DNA of 33,423 nucleotides from contig JAUMXP010000001.1 of assembly GCA_030529125.1 (NCBI GenBank), forward strand, positions 1 through 33,423. Direction: 5' to 3'. Position 1 is the first letter of the stretch; each line of letters opens with the position of its first letter. Both the position numbers and the translations under genes were made by a program. Shown here piece after piece: positions 28,095-33,423 of this stretch. The DNA comes from Eubacteriales bacterium. GTDB lineage: Bacteria; Bacillota; Clostridia; Oscillospirales; Acutalibacteraceae. The notes beneath the pieces were generated by a model that saw nothing but the letters and a program-made list of their open reading frames with translations, did no database searches and was not told where the DNA came from.

Positions 28095-28583
28095 ATGGAG
28101 CTAAAAACAAGAAAACCAACCAGACTCAAAGGATATGATTATAGTAGTACAGGCGTGTATTTCATTACTCTGTGCAGTAAGGACAGAAAGCCTGTATTTA
28201 GCAGAGTTGTAGGGGATGGCGTCCTCGACATCCCGAAAATAATGCTTTCTGAATATGGTGCGATAATTGATAAACATCTGAACGCTACCTCAAACCATTA
28301 TGATTATTTAAGCATTGACAATTATGTTATTATGCCTAATCATATCCACATCTTGATAAGCGTTTATAATAACGGGATGTCGAGGACGCCATCCCCTACA
28401 AATGATATAATCCCATCGTTTGTATCTACACTTAAGCGTTTTGTTAACAGAGAGGTCGGGGAAAATGTTTTTCAACGCTCATATATCGACCACATTATCC
28501 GTGATGAGAAAGATTTTGTGGAACACTTCAGATATATCGAGAACAATCCCTATAAATGGGAGTGCGACGAGTTGTTTGTCTAA
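28095..28583 (+). mobile_element. REP-associated tyrosine (Y1/HUH) transposase, RAYT-like
   Basis: RL.GYDYS..G.YFIT.C, YVIMPNHIH (HUH), QRSY.DHIIR, YIENNP.KW. Confidence 0.88.
28207..28401. repeat. Perfect 29-bp inverted REP-like pair (28207-28235 and 28373-28401)
   Basis: TTGTAGGGGATGGCGTCCTCGACATCCCG and its exact reverse complement; GTAG tetranucleotide followed by an imperfect hairpin. Confidence 0.9.
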
Positions 28584-28590
28584 CTTTTCC

Positions 28591-28619
28591 TTGACACAAA
28601 ACTTATTACGCTGTATAAT
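28591..28619 (+). promoter_or_regulatory. Sigma-A promoter for the T-box/trpB unit
   Basis: TTGACA-17 nt-TATAAT (perfect consensus). Confidence 0.85.
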
Positions 28620-28635
28620 ACACCCATACTTTTTC

Positions 28636-28912
28636 AAACCGTTGACGCGGAGATAAAGACAGCAAATGACTTTGCAGAGAGCCCGTGATGCTGGGATACG
28701 GGTAAGATACAGGTTGTCAAATGGACCGCTGAGGGTGCAGTCAAATGCGAGGTTATTGCTCGCAGAGTATTCTGCAACGTATGGCACACGTCAGTTGCCA
28801 CGGGTATGTCAGTACCCTGTAAGCGCACCATACTGGTGAATCAAGGTGGCACCGCGGATAAGCATTTTATTCGTCCTTGACAGTAGCAATACTGTTGAGG
28901 ACGTTTTGTTTT
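28636..28912 (+). promoter_or_regulatory. T-box riboswitch, Trp specifier
   Basis: AGAGA and GCTG stem-I motifs, TGG at 28722-28724, T-box AAGGTGGCACCGCG at 28843-28856, terminator CGTCCTTGACAGT...ACTGTTGAGGACG-TTTT; upstream of trpB. Confidence 0.9.
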
Positions 28913-28974
28913 ATAAAACGTGTTATATTCGGAGGCAAGCTATGATACTACTAACTAAACGATGGCGTGTATAT

Positions 28975-29020
28975 GCCTTCCCCTTGAGGGGAAGGGGGAC
29001 CACTTGTGGTGGATGAGGTG
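28975..29020. repeat. Left palindromic repeat flanking the DUF559 gene
   Basis: GCCTTCCCCTTGAGGGGAAGG...GGTGGATGAGGTG. Confidence 0.75.
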
Positions 29021-29024
29021 TCAA

Positions 29025-29417
29025 ATGAATAAAATAAATAATCCAAAACTTACAGGATTATCTAAGACCCTCAGAAAAAATATGACCAAGGAAGAACGTC
29101 ACCTGTGGTACGGTTTTCTAAAAGATTTGCCTGTTACTTTCAATAGACAAAAAGTTATAGGAAACTATATTGTTGACTTCTACTGTGCAAGTGCTAAACT
29201 TGTTGTTGAACTTGACGGCTCACAGCATTTTGACACTAGCGGTTTAGAAAAAGATAAACTCAGAGATGAGTATCTTACAAGCTTAGACTTAACTGTGTTG
29301 AGATATACTAATCTTGAGATACATAAAAATCTCACAGGTGTGTGCGATGATATATGGAACCATGTTTCCACCTCACCACCGCCTACGGCGGAGCCTTTCC
29401 TCAAGGGGAAGCCTTGA
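29025..29417 (+). CDS. DUF559 (Vsr-like) endonuclease
   Basis: LRKNMTKEERHLW, FNRQKVIGNYIVDFYC, VELDGSQH, RDEYL...VLRY; ATG after GAGGTG. Confidence 0.9.
   Translation: MNKINNPKLTGLSKTLRKNMTKEERHLWYGFLKDLPVTFNRQKVIGNYIVDFYCASAKLVVELDGSQHFDTSGLEKDKLRDEYLTSLDLTVLRYTNLEIHKNLTGVCDDIWNHVSTSPPPTAEPFLKGKP
29369..29413. repeat. Right palindromic repeat, inverted relative to the left
   Basis: CACCTCACCACC...CCTCAAGGGGAAGCC. Confidence 0.75.
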
Positions 29418-29447
29418 TAAATTTATTACTTATTTTGGAGGTACATT

Positions 29448-30668
29448 ATGGTATTTAATAACATTGATTTTGACACATATTTCAGAAACTACCCTGACAA
29501 AGAGGGTTATTTCGGCAAGTACGGCGGTGTTTACATCGACGAAAAGCTCAAAAACGCTATGGCTGAGATTACTCAGGCTTACTTCACTATCTGCCAATCT
29601 CGAAAGTTCATCGCAGAGCTTCGAAGAATCAGAAAAGAGTTTCAGGGCAGACCTACTCCTGTATCACACCTAGAGCGTCTGTCAGATGCTATGGGCGGTC
29701 GAGTTCAGCTGTACGCTAAGCGCGAGGATCTCAACCACTCCGGCGCTCATAAACTCAACCACTGTATGGGCGAGGCGTTGCTCGCTAAATACATGGGCAA
29801 GAAAAAGGTCATCGCTGAAACAGGCGCAGGTCAGCACGGTGTAGCACTTGCTACCGCTGCTGCGTACTTCGGCCTTGAATGCGACATCTACATGGGCGCT
29901 GTTGATATTAAGAAACAGGCTCCTAACGTTGCAAGAATGAAGATTTTAGGCGCAAATGTCGTTGAGGTTACTCACGGCCTGCAAACACTCAAAGAAGCTG
30001 TCGACGCTGCTTTTGATGCATACAGCAAGGAATACGAAGATGCTATCTACTGCATCGGCTCAGTGCTCGGCCCTCACCCATTCCCTATGATGGTCAGAGA
30101 TTTCCAGAGCGTTATCGGCATTGAAGCCAGAGAGCAGTTCCTCGATATGACAGGTCACCTGCCTGACGCTGTTGTTGCTTGTGTTGGCGGTGGCTCAAAC
30201 GCTATGGGTCTTTTCTCAGGCTTTTTGAACGACCCTGTTGACATCTACGGCATCGAGCCTTTAGGTCGAGGCGAAAAGCTCGGCGACCACGCGGCATCAC
30301 TAAAATATGGTAGCGAAGGTGTTATGCACGGCTTCAACTCAATCATGCTCAAAGATGAAAACGGCGAGCCTGCTCCTGTATACTCAGTAGCGAGTGGTCT
30401 TGACTATCCGTCTTCTGGCCCTGAGCACGCTTTCTTACAGGAAATCGGCAGAGTTAAGTACGATGTAATCGACGACGAAGAAACAATCGACGCATTCTAT
30501 AAACTCTCTCGTTTAGAGGGTATCATCCCTGCTATCGAGAGCTCCCACGCTATCGCATACGGCATGAAACTCGCTCAGCGCATGGACCACGGTTCAGTGC
30601 TTATTAATCTTTCAGGCCGTGGCGACAAGGACATGGACTATGTAATTGAGAAGTACGGTATCCGCTAA
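29448..30668 (+). CDS. trpB: Tryptophan synthase beta chain
   Basis: [12 protein letters not shown] (PLP Lys), [31 protein letters not shown]. Confidence 0.96.
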   Translation: MVFNNIDFDTYFRNYPDKEGYFGKYGGVYIDEKLKNAMAEITQAYFTICQSRKFIAELRRIRKEFQGRPTPVSHLERLSDAMGGRVQLYAKREDLNHSGAHKLNHCMGEALLAKYMGKKKVIAETGAGQHGVALATAAAYFGLECDIYMGAVDIKKQAPNVARMKILGANVVEVTHGLQTLKEAVDAAFDAYSKEYEDAIYCIGSVLGPHPFPMMVRDFQSVIGIEAREQFLDMTGHLPDAVVACVGGGSNAMGLFSGFLNDPVDIYGIEPLGRGEKLGDHAASLKYGSEGVMHGFNSIMLKDENGEPAPVYSVASGLDYPSSGPEHAFLQEIGRVKYDVIDDEETIDAFYKLSRLEGIIPAIESSHAIAYGMKLAQRMDHGSVLINLSGRGDKDMDYVIEKYGIR

Positions 30669-30686
30669 GAAGAATAGAATAAAAAC

Positions 30687-30720
30687 AGCTCCCGAAGGAA
30701 TTACCCCTCGGGAGCTTTCT
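30687..30720. terminator. Bidirectional terminator between trpB and lexA
   Basis: AGCTCCCGA...TCGGGAGCT flanked by A and T runs. Confidence 0.75.
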
Positions 30721-30732
30721 TATGCTCTTTTA

Positions 30733-31341
30733 TCATTCGAAATTGCGGATTAATGTTACGACTTTGCCCAGTAGCACTGCGGATTTAACGATAATCGGCT
30801 CGTAGTCGTCGTTTTCAGGTTGGAGACGGATGTGGCCCTTCTCCTTGTAAAAGCGCTTGACTGTAGCACTCGCTTCGCCTGTGCACTCGTCCTCGACCAT
30901 AGCAACAACGATGTCACCGTTTAACGCAGTCGGTGTGCGGTGAACAACGATAATATCGCCATCAAAAATGCCTGCGTTGATCATACTGTCGCCAACTACG
31001 TTGAGGGCAAACATATCCCTGCCTCTGACTACAGACTGAGCTATAGGGATATAGCTCTCAATTTCTTCAACCGCCAGTATAGGCACACCCGCGGTAACTC
31101 GACCCAGAAGTGGTACTTTAGAGGTAGGTTCATCGTTTTTGATACGGATACAGCGGTTGAGTCCGCTCTCGCGCTCAATCAGACCGCGGTCTTCAAGAGT
31201 CTTTAGGTGCAGGTGCACAGTAGACGTAGATTTGAATCCCGTAGCTTCGCACAGCTCACGCACAGACGGCACTCTGCCCTGCTCGCTACAGCTAAGTATA
31301 TAATCATAAACCTTTTGTTGGCTTTTGCTCAGTGGTTTCAT
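30733..31341 (-). CDS. lexA: SOS repressor LexA
   Basis: PSVREL...STSTVH.HL wHTH, TAG cleavage site, GDSM, TVKRF; ATG at 31341 after SD AGAGGTGA. Confidence 0.95.
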   Translation of the reverse strand: MKPLSKSQQKVYDYILSCSEQGRVPSVRELCEATGFKSTSTVHLHLKTLEDRGLIERESGLNRCIRIKNDEPTSKVPLLGRVTAGVPILAVEEIESYIPIAQSVVRGRDMFALNVVGDSMINAGIFDGDIIVVHRTPTALNGDIVVAMVEDECTGEASATVKRFYKEKGHIRLQPENDDYEPIIVKSAVLLGKVVTLIRNFE

Positions 31342-31360
31342 AATATCACCTCTATGACAA

Positions 31361-31400
31361 ATTCTAACACACTTCGACAAAAAAATCAAACATTTATTCG
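31361..31400 (-). promoter_or_regulatory. lexA promoter with overlapping SOS box
   Basis: TTGATT-17 nt-TAGAAT; CGAATAAATGTTTG (31400-31387) matches 12/14 of the Gram-positive CGAACRNRYGTTCG box and overlaps the -35. Confidence 0.65.
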
Positions 31401-31479
31401 AATAAATTATAGTTTTTTCTGGTTTTTTTAAAATAAAAGCACCCACCAAAAAGTGAGTGCTTATAATATAGCCTAAATA

Positions 31480-32964
31480 TTACTCTACAACTAAAATGTA
31501 AAATTCGTATGGCTTGTATGATTTATTCTCAAAGTCAGCCTTTGTGACGTCTGTTTCTTCAGTACTCAGGGTTTCACCGTCATAGTGCATTACGCACTTA
31601 GCGTTTTCTATATCAAGTGTAACGCCTGCGTCTTTGATTTCTTCAAAGAACAGGTTGCCCACGTAAACCACCTTGTTATCGCCACTTTGTCTTGTAAAAG
31701 CGAAGATGTGAGTGTTAGAAACCTCGTTGATAGTCAAATCAGTATTTGTAGATGCAAGCGCTTTGTTCTCTACTTTCAGTTTTGAAAGCTCAGTGATGAG
31801 CTGAGCATACTTCATATCATCTTCCCACACAACCGCGTCTTTCTCGAAGAAAGCAATCTCGTGGTCGTAGCCCTGCTCGTTAGATGTATAAATCAGAGGG
31901 AAACCAGGAGCAAGATAAGTCAGCGCAAGCATAGGCTCGTAGGTATCGCCGAATCTGTCAACAATACTTCCGTCGTAAGAATTCTTGTCGTGATTATCAA
32001 GATAGTTCATCGGGAAACTACCATCAACGTAGTTAGCATTCTGAATCATACCCTGCTGGATAGTAGAGGTAGCCACGCCGCCTTTGACCATCATAGCCTG
32101 ACCATACAGTGCGTCGTTGTAGCATGTATCAAAAGCGTACTGTGTCAGACTCTGCGCAGCAGAAACCTCAGCAAGCATCATTATCTCACTGTTAATGGAC
32201 TTTAGCTTGTACACAGCAGCATTCCAGAAAGATGCAGGCACACCGATAGCGTGGTCGCATCTGAAACCGTCAATACCAACTTCTTCAACCCAGTACTGCA
32301 TGCACTTAATCATTTCTGCGCGCATCTCGTAGTTATCAAAATTAAGCTCAGCGGTGTCTGTCCAATCGTATGGGGAGGTTATCTTGCCGCTTTCGCCATG
32401 CATGAACCAGTCGTCGTGCTCTTTAACCCAAGCATTATCCCAGCCTGTATGGTTAGCTACCCAGTCGATAATAACCTTAAAGCCCATGTCATGAGCCTTG
32501 TATACAAGATTCTGAAAATCCTCTTTTGTACCAAATTCAGGGTTTACTTCCATGTAATCATCAACAGCGTAATATGAACCGAGTGTACCCTTGCGCTCTG
32601 TTTCGCTTATTGGGTGAATCGGCATAAACCATAGGGTGTTGATGCCCATGTCTTTGAGTCTTTGGAGGTGGTCTTCAAACGCTTTGAAGGTGCCTTCCTC
32701 TGTATACTGGCGAACGTTTACTTCATAAAGCACGCAAGTATCAAGCCATGACGCAGTTGTTTTCTCAAGTATAGGGTCACTGCCTGCGATATCGGTCATA
32801 ACACCGTCAATCACACTACCCTCTTTAACGTCTTTTGAAAGAACGTATTCATTTGTTTTTACAGCTGTGGTTTCTTTTGTAACGTCTGCAGTGTCATCAG
32901 CAGAGCATGCACAAAACGACAAAACCATAACAATAGCAAGCAAAAATGCTAAACATTTTTTCAT
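31480..32964 (-). CDS. GH13 alpha-amylase-family lipoprotein
   Basis: Lipobox FCA-C; DWVANH, DGFRCD, LAE, YLDNHD conserved regions; ATG at 32964 after GAGGAG. Confidence 0.9.
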   Translation of the reverse strand: MKKCLAFLLAIVMVLSFCACSADDTADVTKETTAVKTNEYVLSKDVKEGSVIDGVMTDIAGSDPILEKTTASWLDTCVLYEVNVRQYTEEGTFKAFEDHLQRLKDMGINTLWFMPIHPISETERKGTLGSYYAVDDYMEVNPEFGTKEDFQNLVYKAHDMGFKVIIDWVANHTGWDNAWVKEHDDWFMHGESGKITSPYDWTDTAELNFDNYEMRAEMIKCMQYWVEEVGIDGFRCDHAIGVPASFWNAAVYKLKSINSEIMMLAEVSAAQSLTQYAFDTCYNDALYGQAMMVKGGVATSTIQQGMIQNANYVDGSFPMNYLDNHDKNSYDGSIVDRFGDTYEPMLALTYLAPGFPLIYTSNEQGYDHEIAFFEKDAVVWEDDMKYAQLITELSKLKVENKALASTNTDLTINEVSNTHIFAFTRQSGDNKVVYVGNLFFEEIKDAGVTLDIENAKCVMHYDGETLSTEETDVTKADFENKSYKPYEFYILVVE

Positions 32965-33081
32965 ATTATTTCTCCTCATCGGTTTGATATGTTAATTATA
33001 ATACCGCATATTTTTTTGTCAATAAAAATGAGATTGCAAGATAGCGTGCATCAAAACTTTTGACACTATCAAAAATACCTG

Positions 33082-33423
33082 TTAACTGAAAGTCTGACTT
33101 AACCAATTTGAAATTTTCTCAGCATCATCTATATGAAGTCCGTGCACGTTATCTTCGTAAGTTATGATACTGCAATTTTCATTAGTTGTTTTAAGTTTAC
33201 TGTACATCTCTTCAGCTTGAGAATACGATACCTGCTCATCTAGTCTGCTGTGGATTATTAATACAGGTACAGTTATTTCATCTGCCCAATATACAGCAGA
33301 ACGTTTTTCGTATTCATCAGGTGCACTCTCTGGGGTTTCACCTATGTAATTCTCAAGTATAGTTTTCATATCATCTCTATCATCGTAAGCCTGATTATGA
33401 TGCTGTCCGTCAGCGCCTGTGCA
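33082..33423 (-). CDS. S9 prolyl-oligopeptidase-family alpha/beta hydrolase, C-terminal part (partial)
   Basis: RSAVYWA..I.VPVLIIHS..DEQV...YED.VH (catalytic Asp and His); the frame stays open to the window end. Confidence 0.75.
   Translation of the reverse strand, partial: CTGADGQHHNQAYDDRDDMKTILENYIGETPESAPDEYEKRSAVYWADEITVPVLIIHSRLDEQVSYSQAEEMYSKLKTTNENCSIITYEDNVHGLHIDDAEKISNWLSQTFS

Noticed and set aside
28634-28831. Short ORFs in the trpB leader
   Set aside because: They coincide with the T-box RNA.
31342-31449. Extended lexA N-terminus from the ORF track
   Set aside because: SD, promoter and SOS box lie in this stretch; ATG 31341 gives a normal-length LexA.

Overview
Chromosomal window from a low-GC Firmicute, probably a Clostridia member (inferred from sigma-A-type promoters, a T-box and gene content). 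The left ~20.7 kb looks like an accessory island ending at a tRNA-Thr(GGT). It carries a Wzc-like BY-kinase and PHP phosphatase, an S26-type peptidase and a nucleotidyltransferase, and a ~3340-aa secreted protein (fibro-slime/PA14, 5 CBM26-like repeats, GH20) with a lipoprotein partner. It also carries a divergent RiPP-like operon: PqqD/RRE, an 86-aa Cys-rich precursor ending in Ser, an HprK-like kinase, and a radical SAM/SPASM enzyme with a 1-nt frameshift. This is followed by an ABC transporter remnant joined head-to-head to a truncated tyrosine integrase, and a Fic gene bracketed by a 49-bp palindromic direct repeat. The right part holds a Zn-ribbon membrane gene with a structured leader RNA, asnB with an acidic tail, a DUF554 gene, mntP and a candidate anti-SD sRNA. 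It continues with a TerB/SAP/PD-(D/E)xK candidate defence gene, a RAYT with internal REPs, a Trp T-box, a DUF559 nuclease flanked by inverted palindromes, trpB, lexA, a GH13 lipoprotein and a partial S9 peptidase. The best candidate for an undescribed system is the hybrid RiPP pathway, which combines lasso-type leader, kinase and nucleotidyltransferase logic with a radical SAM in place of a lasso cyclase. All calls are from motif reading by eye; no searches were run.
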